From Nemertoderma westbladi (taxonomy: Eukaryota; Animalia; Xenacoelomorpha), in the NCBI GenBank assembly GCA_032718475.1, contig JAUCBJ010008953.1:46108-110107 (forward strand): a stretch of DNA of 64,000 nucleotides. The letters are read 5' to 3'. Position numbers and translations under genes: made by a program. The notes below the pieces were generated by a model, which saw only the letters and a program-made list of their open reading frames with translations, was not told the origin of the DNA and made no database searches. Below are positions 1 to 14,745 of this stretch, in pieces. Each line of letters opens with the position of its first letter. Within the stretch, counting starts at the first letter, position 1.

Positions 1-63
1 TAGGCCTAGGCCTAATATTTTCTTCTTTGATGGAACTATTCTTATTAACAGAAACGTACGTAC

Positions 64-162
64 CGTCTACAACTGTGTTCAGGTCTTCTATAAAATTTTC
101 ACCTGTTCTTTCACTTCTTTCAGTTTCAACTTCAAATAATGGAAGGCTTAAGTGTATACTAG
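64..162 (-). other. Candidate 99-nt phase 1-1 exon (SIHLSLPLFEVETERSERTGENFIEDLNTVVD), gene assignment unknown
   Basis: Acceptor ttttctccctactcag, donor ACG|gtacgt and an open frame compatible with the last CELF exon. The peptide does not look like a CELF linker. Confidence 0.25.
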
Positions 163-1269
163 CTGAGTAGGGAGAAAATATACTATATAGTATCGGCAAA
201 TCGCAAAAAAAAACAAGACAAAACTACAGCCAGTCATGTGAGCCAAATATTTATAGGCCTACAACCAACAGAACCGGTACCAACCAACCAACATCAAGCT
301 AACTCACATACACCTTGCACACAAGCCAATGCTACTGCTATAAACCTTTACTACGTCATACAAGAAGAAATGCTATTGGTTGACTGCTTGTAACTGGTTC
401 AAACCTACATCTCAACCAATAAATAAATCACATGACATCTCATACCACTCCCTTGATGTGATAGGTCATCGCCTTGGTACTGGCCAAGGACAGTCGTTGT
501 AGCTGTCCTTGGTGTAGTACTGGCACATACAACAGGTTCTCCTGTGAGATTGACCGCAAGGTAAATCTGGGATGCTTTCTAGCAAGAGAAGTAGTCTACT
601 TAATGCATAATTAAAGAATTAATGAAAACTGCACATGTTTATCGATAGCCAGTTTATCAAGATTAACTTGACGTCGCTTGTAATCGACGAGTTATCTATC
701 ATATAGTAATTATTACTACGGTGGCCAGTTATGATAAGCAATTATCACACTTTATTACTAAAATAAGTATACTTATTTATACTTATTTTCTTATATTTAA
801 AAAAAATAAGTAACTTTTGATAATCTTCACATGGGAGTATAAGTATACTCCCATCACCTGATCCCCCAAACAACGACACACCTCACCTTCACCGGGTACA
901 AGATCCCTCGAAATAAACGGTATAATAATATATCTCTGGGTTGGACAATCAAGCGTATCCCCATCACCACTATCAACACATAGGAAAACTTACTAATGGA
1001 ACATTACTTATTAATGGAACATTAATTTCGTCGAACATTTTATATGGGTTATTTGGAATCAATCAATTAATTTGAGAAATAAACCAATAAGCGATTCTAA
1101 ATGACAGCGATTGATCAGAGCACCTAACACACTATTGCAATCAATAACACGGACGACTGCACCCTAAACAACCAGCAACACTATTTGGATCTTTGTGGGG
1201 CGAGCCACGAAGTTGGCGGAGCCTTAGCGAATTGACACTGTTAGGGGGTGGGTCAATTTATGCAAATAG

Positions 1270-2118
<849 letters not shown>

Positions 2119-2677
2119 TTTGTTGAAAATCAGTTCAACAGTCACCCGCTATAGGACTACTTTATGCCTGAAAGTGAATAGATTCTCCCGTCTCATTGAT
2201 TTTAATCAGTTTAAGCTGAATCTTGCCATATATTCTGGACCACATGCTGCGCCTTTGTGGGGGGGGGGGGGGGGGGGGGAGATTTAATCGGTCTGCCGCT
2301 ATACGACGAAATTTCTGAAAGTGAGATCCGTCTCTCATTTCGTTATCCGTTATTCAAGATGAAACTTGGCCGATGTACGTATGTACTATTCATCCATAGG
2401 CAGTGTCTTTGTGGAGCTGGAGACCCTAATCCATCTTCAGTTCTCACTATACCGCTAGAGTCAGAAATGTCTGAATAGAAATGAAAGAGGTAAAAAGTGA
2501 TTAGGCGAAATCTGCTTAAAATTTGCTAATACAGTAATACTTTCGAATTAGTACTTAAATTAAATTTAAGTCACGTGCTGCGCGAAGGCCCCACTTCGTG
2601 TTCAACTAAGGATATGCGGGAAGAAATATGCAGTCCAAAATCTCTCGTCACTACTACAATATGAATATCAAAAAGAG

Positions 2678-2985
2678 AGACAGGGGGGTGGGGGTAAACT
2701 GGACGCAAATTCCATCTTGGCGAATTAATATCCCGCCTCAATGTTAAATTCTCAATTTAGGGAAAGGAGCAGGTTACAGTGTCACGTTATTTTAAAGCAA
2801 TAAGCTAAGCACAATAGAATAGGTTACAGTTTTATTTTTGAGAGTAATCAGCTGTTATTTGTGTCCAATTTCCCCTGGAGAGGGCAGATAGGGGGGGGGG
2901 GGGGGGGGGGGGAACTGGACGCAATAAAAATTCATCCTTCTCCACGAGAAATTGGACGCAAATAACAGTTGATTACTCTCAAAAA
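2678..2985. mobile_element. Rearranged copies of a poly-G-ended MITE family
   Basis: Shares actggacgcaaat..ccatcttggc...gggaaaggagcaggttacagtg with 8999-9255 and 45940-46160, followed by an inverted partial copy. Confidence 0.65.
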
Positions 2986-4010
2986 TAAAAAAAAAATCGT
3001 GTAAAGTTCCGCGTCTACTAACACATGAACTGTCTCCCCCTTGAATGCCTTACTACTACCAATCTTACTACCAAAAAAAATCGTGTAAAGTTCCGCGTCT
3101 ACTAACACATGAACTGTCTCCTCCTTGAATACCTTACTACTACCAATCTTACTACCAAAGAAATTCGTGAAAAGTTCCGCGTTTACTAACACATGAACTG
3201 TCTCCTCCTTGAATACCTTACTACTACCAATCTTACTTCCAAAAAAAATCGTGTAAAGTTCCGCGTCTACTAACACATGAACTGTCTCCCCCTTGAATAC
3301 CTTACTACTACCAATCTTAATACCAAAAAAATCGTGTAAAGTTCCGCGTCTACTAACACATGAACTGTCTCCCCCTTGAATACCTTACTACTACCAATCT
3401 TAATACCAAAAAAATCGTGTAAAGTTCCGCGTCTACTAACACATGAACTGTCTCCCCCTTGAATACCTTACTACTACCAATCTTACTACCAAAAAAAATC
3501 GTGTAAAGTTCCGCGTCTACTAACACATGAACTGTCTCCTCCTTGAATACCTTACTACTACCAATCTTACTACCAAAAAAAATCGTGTAAAGTTCCGCGT
3601 CTACTAACACATGAACTGTCTCCTCCTTGAATACCTTACTACTACCAATCTTACTACCAAAAAAATTCGTGAAAAGTTCCGCGTTTACTAACACATGAAC
3701 TGTCTCCTCCTTGAATTTGAATACCTTACTACTACCAATCTTACTACCAAAAAAATTCGTGAAAAGTTCCGCGTCTACTAACACATGAACTGTCTCCTCC
3801 TTGAATACCTTACTACTACCAATCTTAATACCAAAAAAATCGTGTAAAGTTCCGCGTCTACTAACACATGAACTGTCTCCTCCTTGAATACCTTACTACT
3901 ACCAATCTTACTACCAAAAAAAATCGTGTAAAGTTCCGCGTTTACTAACACATGAACTGTCTCCCCCTTGAATGCCTTACTACTACCAATCTTACTACCA
4001 AAAAAATTCA
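2985..4010. repeat. 84-bp minisatellite, about 12 copies
   Basis: Unit aatcgtgtaaagttccgcgtctactaacacatgaactgtctc...ccaaaaaa; period 84 (2995 to 3079), 28-aa periodic pseudo-ORFs. Confidence 0.95.
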
Positions 4011-4291
4011 CCGGAAAGGGGCATTGAACTCAGTACCTAGAGATTCCAAGTCCCACGCTCTACCAACTTTCCTTAAAATTAAGCTGGAAATTACAAACAA
4101 GAAGAACGGAGTGAATTCCTTCCCAGTTCCTATTTCACCTTCTATTGGAATAACGAATAAAAAAAACATAATATACCTGATTATCTTCATCAGATGCAAT
4201 GGCGCAATATACAGCAAACACGAGATGTGTTTAGTGGGTTTGAAAAATTAATTAGAAGACCGTTAGGACTTCTTACTGTAAAAGTATTCAC

Positions 4292-4418
4292 TATGTATGT
4301 ATGTATGTATGTATGTATGTATGTATGTATGTATGTATGTATGTATGTATGTATGTATGTATGTATGTATGTATGTATGTATGTATGTATGTATGTATGT
4401 ATGTATGTATGTATGTAT
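4292..4418. repeat. (TATG)n microsatellite
   Basis: About 31 perfect tetranucleotide units. Confidence 0.98.
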
Positions 4419-4926
4419 ATCGGGTGAACTCCTCCGAAACTATAGCTCGCCCGTCAATGAAAGTTATATCAATCGACGCAGCTCAACCCCAGGATGTGTA
4501 AAAAAAAGTTTCGAAAAAAATTCTGAAGGTGTCTTTTTTTTATTTCGAAAAATAGCCTCAAAACACGAAAATTGCCATAGACTCAATGATGAGGGCCTAG
4601 TAAGCTACTACTATTGATTGAATGGATAGCCCAAACTGCAGAGAAGTATATTACTTGTCAAAAGTGTATTACTATCTCACTCTATCCCACACAGAAAGCA
4701 AACTTTGTGTATTGTATTAGCCCGCCAGCTGAATAACTCCTCCCAGTGAATCCTATGAGAATTAGGAGGTGGGACACTGAATATCTATAGGGTTACTCAC
4801 TGCTACTACTAGGATCGGCATGCTGCATTGCAGCTGAATTTTTAAGAATGCTGTGCCGGCTTGTCGACAAAATTGCGCCGCCACAACTCTCTATCACTCA
4901 TGACATTTGCTAGATCATCCGCATCT

Positions 4927-6206
4927 TCAAGGCCAGTGTCCTTTAAGATGCGTCTCAAGAAAGTCATGGGCTGTCCAGTGCCCACCATGCTTATTCAATC
5001 CATGAGGTTGCCAAAGTACAAGATTATGCACTGGCTGGTCCTCACGGCGAAAGCAATGTCCTGCAAAGCAGACGCGATTTTGTTCTAGTGTCAAGCTTGG
5101 CGGAACCAATGAGACACCTCCAATGTTATATAGTGTCTGGTTGGAGATGTGTGCATTGTACTTGACACAATGAACCCGGCGTAGCATTCTTGTGAATGTG
5201 CCATCCAGAGATTTGGTGTCCTCAGCAGTTAGAGCCCAGCATGGACTCCCATAGAGGAGTACTGGAACTACTGCTGCTCTAAATAATCGGACCTTAAGTT
5301 TCCGATTAATTCTCGGTGACTTCCAAATCCTGGAAAGCCTATTCAAGGCTGCCCATGCCTTTCCCTTACGTATTCGTAGGTCCTCACCTGACTTCCGGAT
5401 CCATGATCCCAGGTAACAGAAGTAGTCCACATGCTCAAGCATACCATCCTTTGAGCTTATGCTCATCCGATCAGAGACTTGCTGAGGACTTTCAAAGTTA
5501 ATTGTCAAAATTTTGGTCTTTCTGGAGTTAATAAAAAGACCAACACTAGAAGCAGCATGTTCTAATGAGCTGAGGAGCCGTTGGGCTCCCTCTAGTGATT
5601 CTGAGAGTACTCCTAAGTCATCAGCAAAGTCTAGATCAGTTAGGTACTTGGCAGGATTTCCTCGACTTCTGGAGCCAGTAGGTAGAGTTATCATCACCCC
5701 ATCATCATTATGACGATCTAAGGACATGCGTAGAACATAGTCAACCACAATTATGAACAAGAATGGTGCAAGTGTGTCTCCCTGGAGGACGCCCCATAAC
5801 ACTTCAAATGGTTCTGTGTCACCGTCAACAGTAGACACAGATGTTGTCGAACCATCGTATACTGATCTGATTGCTGCAATAATTTCATCAAGAATCCCAT
5901 ATAATGAAAGTATGCTGAACATATACGTGAGCGAGAGACTGAATCAAAGGCCTTGAAGAAGTCAACAAAGATAACAGCCAGATGCCTGTCTTTCTTTGCA
6001 GCAGCCTTCACTTCTGCAAAGGAGATATCGCTAATGGGAATATCTGGGAGTACAGACTCAGACACTTTTACTTCTATAAAGTTATCAGGCAATACCCTGT
6101 CATTATTGAGGAGCTTTTTAAAGTGGACCTTCCATCCATTGAGGCGATCGGCTGGTGATTCAGCCTTAACCTTGGTGGTTGGTTGGCTTTTCCGACCAGT
6201 AAGCAA
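4927..6206 (-). pseudogene. LINE reverse transcriptase, frameshifted and internally deleted
   Basis: DFFKAFDSV lies in one frame and QGDTLAPFLF/FADD in another. Confidence 0.88.
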
Positions 6207-6312
6207 GTTGATCGATTTCCATGCCTGGGATGATTGCCTGCTGTCGTCAGCATCATTGATGGCATCAACCTGTTGGTTTATTAACTCTGTAGATTAACAG
6301 AGTACTGTCTGT

Positions 6313-7377
6313 TCAGGGACCTAGATGTAGCCTTAACTGCATTCTTGGCCGCTGTAGTCTGTTGAGTCGGGACTCTTTCTGCGCCTTATATAGTTCATTT
6401 CGGCACTTCTGAATTTTTTTGTCAGTCCGGGGGGCCCTTTTCCTGTTTCGAGGGTATACAGGAACTGTTTCTGCAGCTGCTAACTTAACTGCTTCTGTGA
6501 AGGCAGTATAGCCCTCACAGTGATCTGCCGCCTCAGAGGCAAGAACCTCATACCTGTTGCTCAGCTGTAATGTGAAGCTGGATCTCACACTTGGCTGTTG
6601 CAACAGAGAGGACCAGTCACGCCTCGGCAAGGCAGATTTCGTTGTTCTGCTAGCACGCAGACTAAGTCTTACCTTGGCCACAATAAGGCGGTGATCACTG
6701 GAGAAGGGTTGAAGTGTAAATGCATTACAGTCTTGTATAGAGCTCCTGTATTTCCTACGAAACAGAATATGGTCTATCTGGGACTTGAGACCACTGGGTC
6801 CACTATGAGTCCATAGCTTTCCAGTTCGCTTCTTGAACTCGGTTCCAGACGAAAACAATCCATTTCCAGAGATAAAATCCTGAAGATGGACGGAATTTCG
6901 GTTAACACTATTGCTATAGACCCAGGGCGATGTAGGTGATTGATGCAGACTTGCATTAAAGTCTCCCAGGAATGTTAAGAATGCATGCTGATCCACTCCA
7001 TCAGTAGCTGCTTGTAGATTGTGGTAGAAATTTTCCACCTCCTCTACAGGGGCAACACTAGTTGGAGAGTAGCATACAATCAGAACCACCTTAGGAAACT
7101 TCTTAGCCAGTCTTCCAGAACATGAGAAGTGGCAACGGATGATGCGGTTAGAGATTTGGTCTATTTTGTCCAATGCTGCATGTGCAGTTGGATTCATCAA
7201 TAGACCAATACCACCATTGCCACTATCATCTGCTGACGCGAGGGCGAGTCGACAACCGCCCTCCATGTCCTTAATCAGAACCTCATCAGTCTGTCCAGTC
7301 TGCATTCGGTGCTCTTGAACACCCACTGCGCTAAGAGAAAGCTTATCTGCCAAGGCAGTCAGCTCACCTTGTCGCAT
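6313..7377 (-). pseudogene. LINE apurinic-like endonuclease domain
   Basis: EEP-family motifs QE, GDFNA, IDH, SDH in the 354-aa ORF. Confidence 0.88.
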
Positions 7378-8998
7378 TGGGGACCCGATTGTTACAGGTG
7401 CTTAGTGAGGCTAGTCTAGTGACTTGCCTCAGATTCACCAATGGCTTTGTTGGTCGGGGTGGAACATGAGAGTAGCCTCCAACTCCAGAATCCCTCTCCG
7501 CCTCACAATCTGGCATCCCTGGTGACCCAGGGTTTGGGCCAGAAAGGTCATCAGGAAAGGGACTCAAAGAATTGTTGGCTGCTCTCTCTCCAGTAGGGGG
7601 TGAGACAGGCAGCCGGTCAGGAGATAACTGACGCCTGAGAGGCCGATTGTGTCTGGTAATTCCACTGGCCTCTAGTGGCCGGACCTCCGCATTACTAATG
7701 TAATCCATAGTGGGGGTTTGGGGGTGCTTTTTTGCCGTGTCAGCTCTCGGGGCAAATAACCACACCCTGGTTTGCCATTCCACAGGGTGGGTGTCGCAGT
7801 GGAGTCAGATATGAGGCCCATCACCCATATCTACTCTGGCGCACATGACCCACCATTGGATTTGCAGTCATCTGCTGGGTCATGCCCTGTACCCCTGCTG
7901 CCAGGTGCAGCTTTAACTCTGTCTTCGTTCAATCCAATATTCCACTAAACACCGCTTAAAAATATTGATTATATTGATTTATACGATTATATTGACATGA
8001 CACCCCCACTCTCTACCTCCATTATATTATTAATCAAACCATTATTGAGAGAAAGCGCCCTTTGTTTTTGTAGAATATTATTATTAGGATACAAGCATTG
8101 CATATTATATGCTTATATTAAATTAGTTGCTTCATAGTGATTAGTGATGCCGGGATTGGATATGGTTAAATATTTGTTCATCTTTTCGCTTCGGGCTAAC
8201 ACAGAAACGGAATTAAGATTTAGTTTTTTCGGTTTTGTTGTTTTATAGACGGTCTTCTTATAGCCAGCTTGATGGCTTTCTAGTTTAATTTAAAACATTA
8301 ATAAGGGATAGAGCAGGTTACAGTGACGGTGTTTTCTAACCAAAAATAATTGAGGATACTTTATTTCACTTGCGGTCAATGCGCGCCACCATCTGCTCTG
8401 CTTCCTCGTAATTGTCAAACTCATATCGCATTTCCCCTTAAAACTTACAACGAAACTGTTAGTTGTTAAAGAGTAAATTTCCGAACAAAAATCAAACAAT
8501 ACAACTAACTGGATAATAATAATTAGCGCCCGGTGAAGAACAATATAAATCAGAAATACCCGGCCACAGTCAGCCAGCCACCTTAGATTCTTAGAACGAC
8601 TTTCGAGATGGATATCCCCATGTTACTAATACATACAGACAAACAATTTAAATTGTTTTCAAACCAGTCACAGCGCAGTTACCAATAATTAGTTGGGTAG
8701 GGATCGAAACATGGTTAAAATAGAAAAGGTTTGGAGGTAATTTGATCCTTCTGCACACATTTTAGTAATTTAGTGTCAGCACGGAGGAGTACAAAACACG
8801 GAGTTCAATAGCTAAATATTGGTTTTCTGTATAGTTGAGCTTCTCTCTACCGAGTGAATGCCAGCATTTTTCTCAGTCTCATATTACGTGGGGTAAAAAT
8901 GAGTCTAAAAGTACCAGTCTAAAAGCCAGGCGCTTTTATTCAACGTTGCAAATAAACAGTTATCCTTTGCCCCATTTTTTGACTCACTCTGGATAAAC

Positions 8999-9255
8999 GG
9001 GGGGGGGGGGGGGGGGGACTGGACGCAAATCCCATCTTGGCGGATTAATATCCCACCTCAATGTTAAATTCTAAATTTAGGGAAAGGAGCAGGTTACAGT
9101 GGCACGATATTTTAACCAAAACAATAAACTAAACACAATAGAACAGCTTACAGTTGTATTTTTGAGAGCAATCATATGTTATTTGCGTCGAATTTCCCCT
9201 GGAGAGGGATGAATTTTTATTGCGTCCAGTTCCCCCCCCCCCCCCCCCCCATCTG
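8999..9255. mobile_element. MITE with poly-G/poly-C terminal inverted repeats and 8-bp target duplication (hAT-like)
   Basis: Ends (G)n-actggacgcaa and ttgcgtccagtt-(C)n; flanked by ggataaac at 8991-8998 and 9256-9263. Confidence 0.75.
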
Positions 9256-12180
9256 GGATAAACACCATGAAAATTATGAAATTTTCGAAATTTTTATTTT
9301 TGGAATTTCACTTCTTTTTTTTTTTGTTCACTATAAGTGTGTGTGGACTTTAAGGTGGAGCACTTTAAGAAACATAATAAAATCGACACATTAAATCAGT
9401 GATTATTTTTTAATGATATTACTATATAATATGTTGACTACGGATAATGTATTTTAACATAAACACTTCAAGTATTGGATGCAATTGAGCATAAAAAATG
9501 TAAAATAAAATATCTCGAGAACGGCTGATCTTTAAAAAATGTTTTAGACATTCTACTTGAAAATATGTTAACACTGTAGATATGAAATTTACAAAACTTA
9601 AAAATTTGAAAATGCCACGTATGGAAAAAATGAAAATGAGCAAATATGTTGGCATTCACTCACATACTTTGGCAGTGGAGTTTCAGTTCTGTTCAAGTTA
9701 ACTATGTATTTAGGTTTTCTTATGAAATGGGCGGATCAACTCCTGAGCCCCTTCCCACCTGGCTACGCCACTGGCATTACAAACAAGCGGTGATACACAA
9801 ACAGTGATACAAACAAGTATACGTGCAGATGCACTAGGTGCACTTTCCAGGAAATTTACAAAACTTGGTTATTTTGTCATAGGCGAAGGCAAGGAGGCAC
9901 CTTTCGTCTGATTTATTTAGTATCACAAAAACAAAAAAACCTACCTTGTAGGTTGTTCATTTGTGGATTATTCGTAGAACTTCCCATAGACATCGGCGCA
10001 AAGTTGGGGTTGAAAGCTGCAACAAAAGTATTGGAAGTAAAGACATAGATCATGACCTACAAAAGATATATTTAGTAGGTCATGCGGAGATATACTACGC
10101 ACCACAAATTGTCCAAAAGTAATCGAAAATCGATCGAAAATAATCGACCGAATTTTTTTCATTGGTGATGATTTTCGATTTAATATTTAACCTAAGCATA
10201 ATATCACACTTTTATTTAACAAAAAGCAGTGCCTAAAAAAGTGCAGTTTATATTAATTATTATTGGTATTATTGTTGTATTCGCTTAAGGGGGGGGGGGG
10301 GGGGTACACCCCCCCCTCAGGTCAAAATTTTCATTTTTTGTTTTTTTATTTCATCTAGAGTAGAATTTAATGCGGATTTCAAATCTGGAAACGGCTTAGC
10401 GAGATCTCTTTTACTTCTCGAGTAATGGCTGGTTTTCCGTCTGTATGTCTGTCTGTCTGTCCATCGAAATATTAAAAAGGGCATAAAATAAGCAATCTGA
10501 AATGTTTACTGTTAGGATTTTTCTTAATGTCGATGTCTGTTTTAATATTTGGAATTATCTAATCACAATGTCTGTATCTCAGTCTGTCTCTCAGTTTGTC
10601 TGTCTGTTTGTATGTCTGTCTGTCTGCCAACATGTCCGTCAAATTTTAATTAATATATATTTAATATATATTTGTGAGTTTTGTATTACATATTAAACAG
10701 TTGTCTAATGGACTAGTTGTCTACTAGTAATAACAAATGTGAACCATCATATAACAATAGCTAGTAATAATTATTCTGGGAAACAACCATAAATCTATTT
10801 TTTTTTAATTCCGCAGGATCTGAGAATAATTCACGTGCTGCGCGAAGTCTTCATGTGCAGCATGAACTTTTCATGTGCCGCGTGAAGGCTTCTCATTCTG
10901 ATCAAAAAGCTTTCCGATGTGCTCGATTAATTAACGTGCTTTATGAAGAATTTAAGTTCTACGTGAAACCTTCACCTGCTGCGCAAATGTCTCACGTGCT
11001 GCGCGAAGGTTTCACGTGCTGCACAAAGCTTAATGTTCTGTGTATAGGCTTATTATAAAATTATGTGGAAATTTTTATATAATTTTGAATGTTTCTTAAG
11101 GTTATCTCATTATTCCATGACTATTTATTACTAAATGACGAAATAGTATGCGATCAAATCAATACGCCAAAATGTAATTTGTTCACGTGCTGCGCGAAGT
11201 GTTTTTTGGCAAGCACTCTAAAATTATTTTAACAGGTTGTTAAAAGTGGGTAGGGGTTTTTTTGGTTTTATGAATATCAATTTTTTTTCATATATTTATT
11301 TAGCTTAATTTTTGAAAAATGGTCCTAATTTTCAAAAAATTTAGCTTTCAAAAAATTTAGCCCAATAATTAGTATCACGAACATCACAATCGCAATTCGG
11401 TGCTTATGCGTACACGTACATAATATAAAAAAACTAATTGGTCTACGTTATTCTACGGTAACAAATGATCCTAGGTGAAAAGGTTCCACGAAAAGAGCTC
11501 CAACAACAACTGAGAAACATGTACCGAAAGAATTCTAGAAACTCATTTTGTGAAAAATCCAGGTAAAATTTGAACCTTCCCGCGTAAAAACTGTCCGTTA
11601 TTATGAAATAAGGTCTGTCAATATATATACCTAGCTAAAAGAAAGCTAAGATAAACCATGCTGAGATTTTTGCTACGGGGTTTTCCAGGTCGCTGATTTC
11701 ATTTCTGAGGTCAGTTTTCAGTTTTAATGAAATCTTGTTTGTCTGTATGTCTGTCTGTCGATCTTTTTGACTATCCGACTATTCAGTCAAATATAAGAAA
11801 AGGGCATACAATGTAGTTAAAACTTTAGCTAGAGGGGTTTCCCTGATCGCATAATTTATTTCGAGTGTCAGTTTTAAAATTTGATGACTTCCAAATTGTC
11901 TGTTTGGCAGTCAGTCTGTCGGTTATATTTTGACGGACAGACTGACAGGCATACAGACAGAAACCACGAGAACAAATTTGAATACTGACATCAGAAATGA
12001 AGTCACCGACAACGAAAACCCATATAGGGAATTTTTTGACATATAGTTTGCTTTTTAATGACGGACAAAACGACATTCAATCGGACAGACAGCCATATCT
12101 AGAGAAGTAAGTCAGATCTTGCTAAACGGTTTTAAAATGTGGAATCTTGTTAAAAATTTCCTGTAGATGAAACAGAAAAA

Positions 12181-13201
12181 ATGCAGCACGCAAGGTGTAC
12201 TAAATAACAGGTCATGCAGCACGCAAGGTGTACTAAATAACGCGTCATGCTGCACGCAAGGTGTACTAAATAACAGGTCATGCAGCACGCAAGGTGTACT
12301 AAATAACAGGTCATGCAGCACGCAAGGTGTACTAAATAACAGGTCATGCAGCACGCAAGGTGTACTAAATAACAGGTCATGCAGCGAGCGGAATCCTGAA
12401 TTTAGCGTGTCTGACTCAAGGTGTACTAAATAACAGGTCATGCAGCGAGCGGAATCCTGAATTTAGCGTGTCTGACTCAAGGTGTACTAAATAACAGGTC
12501 ATGCAGCGAGCGGAATCCTGAATTTAGTGTGTCTGACTCAAGGTGTACTAAATAACAGGTCATGCAGCGAGCGGAATCCTGAATTTAGCGTGTCTGACTC
12601 AAGGTGTACTAAATAACAGGTCATGCAGCGAGCGGAATCCTGAATTTAGCGTGTCTGACTCAAGGTGTACTAAATAACAGGTCATGCAGCGAGCGGAATC
12701 CTGAATTTAGTGTGTCTGACTCAAGGTGTACTAAATAACAGGTCATGCAGCGAGCGGAATCCTGAATTTAGCGTGTCTGACTCAAGGTGTACTAAATAAC
12801 AGGTCATGCAGCGAGCGGAATCCTGAATTTAGGTGTCTGACTCAAGGTGTACTAAATAACAGGTCATGCAGCGAGCGGAATCCTGAATTTAGCGTGTCTG
12901 ACTCAAGGTGTACTAAATAACAGGTCATGCAGCGAGCGGAATCCTGAATTTAGCGTGTCTGACTCAAGGTGTACTAAATAACAGGTCATGCAGCGAGCGG
13001 AATCCTGAATTTAGCGTGTCTGACTCAAGGTGTACTAAATAACAGGTCATGCAGCGAGCGGAATCCTGAATTTAGTGTGTCTGACTCAAGGTGTACTAAA
13101 TAACAGGTCATGCAGCGAGCGGAATCCTGAATTTAGCGTGTCTGACTCAAGGTGTACTAAATAACAGGTCATGCAGCGAGCGGAATCCTGAATTTAGCGT
13201 G
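12181..13201. repeat. Compound minisatellite: about 6 x 33 bp then about 13 x 61 bp
   Basis: Both units share caaggtgtactaaataacaggtcatgcagc; the 61-mer replaces acg with gagcggaatcctgaatttagcgtgtctgact. Confidence 0.95.
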
Positions 13202-13958
13202 GGCCGATCGTTTCCCTATTTAGGGGCACTATTTTCATAATATTTCCTTAGAAACCCATCTTATGCAATTTTGGTGAGGTGGATACGATGACTATGGATT
13301 CATAGAAATGTAATAAAATGTCTTTCTGGAATTTTTATCTTGTTGTTGTCAAGGAAACATTTGAATTTGTTTACATTCCCGTTGCCATGGAATTAAGTAT
13401 AATTCTATAAAACAATTCTATAAAACCTACCTATAAAAACTACCAATTCTATAAAACACCATTTTTATTCTGTTTGTTTGTCTTAATATTAAGTTAAAAT
13501 CCACAATCGCATTAAAATCGAATCCACAAAAGTTATCTTATGTAATATTTCATTAGCCATTTTAATGTTAATTAATTAAATATAACATTATTTAAATATT
13601 ATTTATAATTTTAAATAAAATCGGGTAATTAAATACAGAAAATGGCAATATTTATCAAAATTACACTAGATAGATAACTATTAAAGAACTGACGAAACCC
13701 TTTTCGAATAAGCCAAAAATTAATAAATTGGTTGAGAAATGCTGGAGGAGTTAGAAATTTGAAAATAAAAAATGTCATTGCGAGATAATTGCCTTGAAAT
13801 TTTAAATTCCCGCATGGCATGAAGAAAACACACTGTCACCGAGCTAAAATCGTGTTTACGGGGGTTTTCGGGTCGCTGGGATCATTCGGAAAAACAGCGA
13901 CAACTTTAGATTGAAAGAAATCACGCTAAGCGGTTTTCAGAATTGAAATTTTCATTAA

Positions 13959-14616
13959 GGGGCCGTGCACAAAATGATGTCACGCTTTTTGTTAAAAGTC
14001 GATTTTTGACCCCCCCCCCCCCCCCCCCTCTCCCCTCGGTCTCACTCTGTCGCGAATTTTGTACCCCCCCCCCCCCTCCCCCCTTGAACGTCACGGCACA
14101 AAAATACCCAGTATAGTTAATAAAAACTGTTAAATTTGAAATTGTTATGACGTTATTAAAACTAAATGTTAATACTTCATTAATTCAGCTGTAGGCCTAC
14201 ACAACAGAATGACTAAACAAGGAAGACACCCCACATATTCACTCCCATGGGAATGGGGGAACATCTGCGAGTTTCAACATCGATCACCGGAAGTGCACCA
14301 GTATACGATCGACTATTGTACCACATCCAGAGTCTAACTCTACCTCGTCCTTATCTACCCAGTCAATGTGGTGTTCTTCATCTTTATCGCCACTTAGAAT
14401 TAACACTTCATCACCTCGATTCGCGATTACTTGAATAGATTTCACTTTGGCTGTTGATGTTGGTGTTATGTATTTTATTTGTTCACCAAAGTGCTATTGT
14501 GACGTCACAAGTATAGCTACCCCCCCCCCCCCCATGTCACAAATTGTCACAAAATTACAAACATGCACCCCCCCCCCCCCCCCCCTTCGACCGTGACATC
14601 ATTTGTGCACGGCCCC
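13959..14616. mobile_element. PIF/Harbinger-type MITE
   Basis: TIRs GGGGCCGTGCACAAA(A)TGATGTCACG at both ends; TAA target duplication at 13956-58 and 14617-19. Confidence 0.85.
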
Positions 14617-14745
14617 TAAACTCAGCTCTGTAGAAAATAGAAAAAACAAAAATTAGAAATGTTGACTGAGGGGGCATCCCCCGCTACCACCTAAACTACA
14701 CTAACTAACCACCCTAACTAAACTATGGTCTAATTCCTCACTCAC

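Larger units (their letters stand above)
4710..7920 (-). mobile_element. Non-LTR retrotransposon (RTE-like LINE), decayed; boundaries approximate
   Basis: APE endonuclease ORF 7377-6313 (GVQEH, GDFNA, SQIDHIL, SDH). RT pieces 6206-4927 (FVDFFKAFDSV, GVLQGDTLAPFLF, DLDFADDL, FCYLGS). Frameshifted, with the N-terminal part of RT apparently deleted near 5995. Confidence 0.9.
4250..8286 (+). mobile_element. DINE-1/HINE-like non-autonomous element interrupted by a LINE
   Basis: Subterminal inverted repeats AGAAGACCGT (4254-4263) and ACGGTCTTCT (8249-8258), a 5' partial hairpin, an internal (TATG)n tract, and a 3' stem-loop AGCCA..TGGCT followed by ctagttt. Confidence 0.6.
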
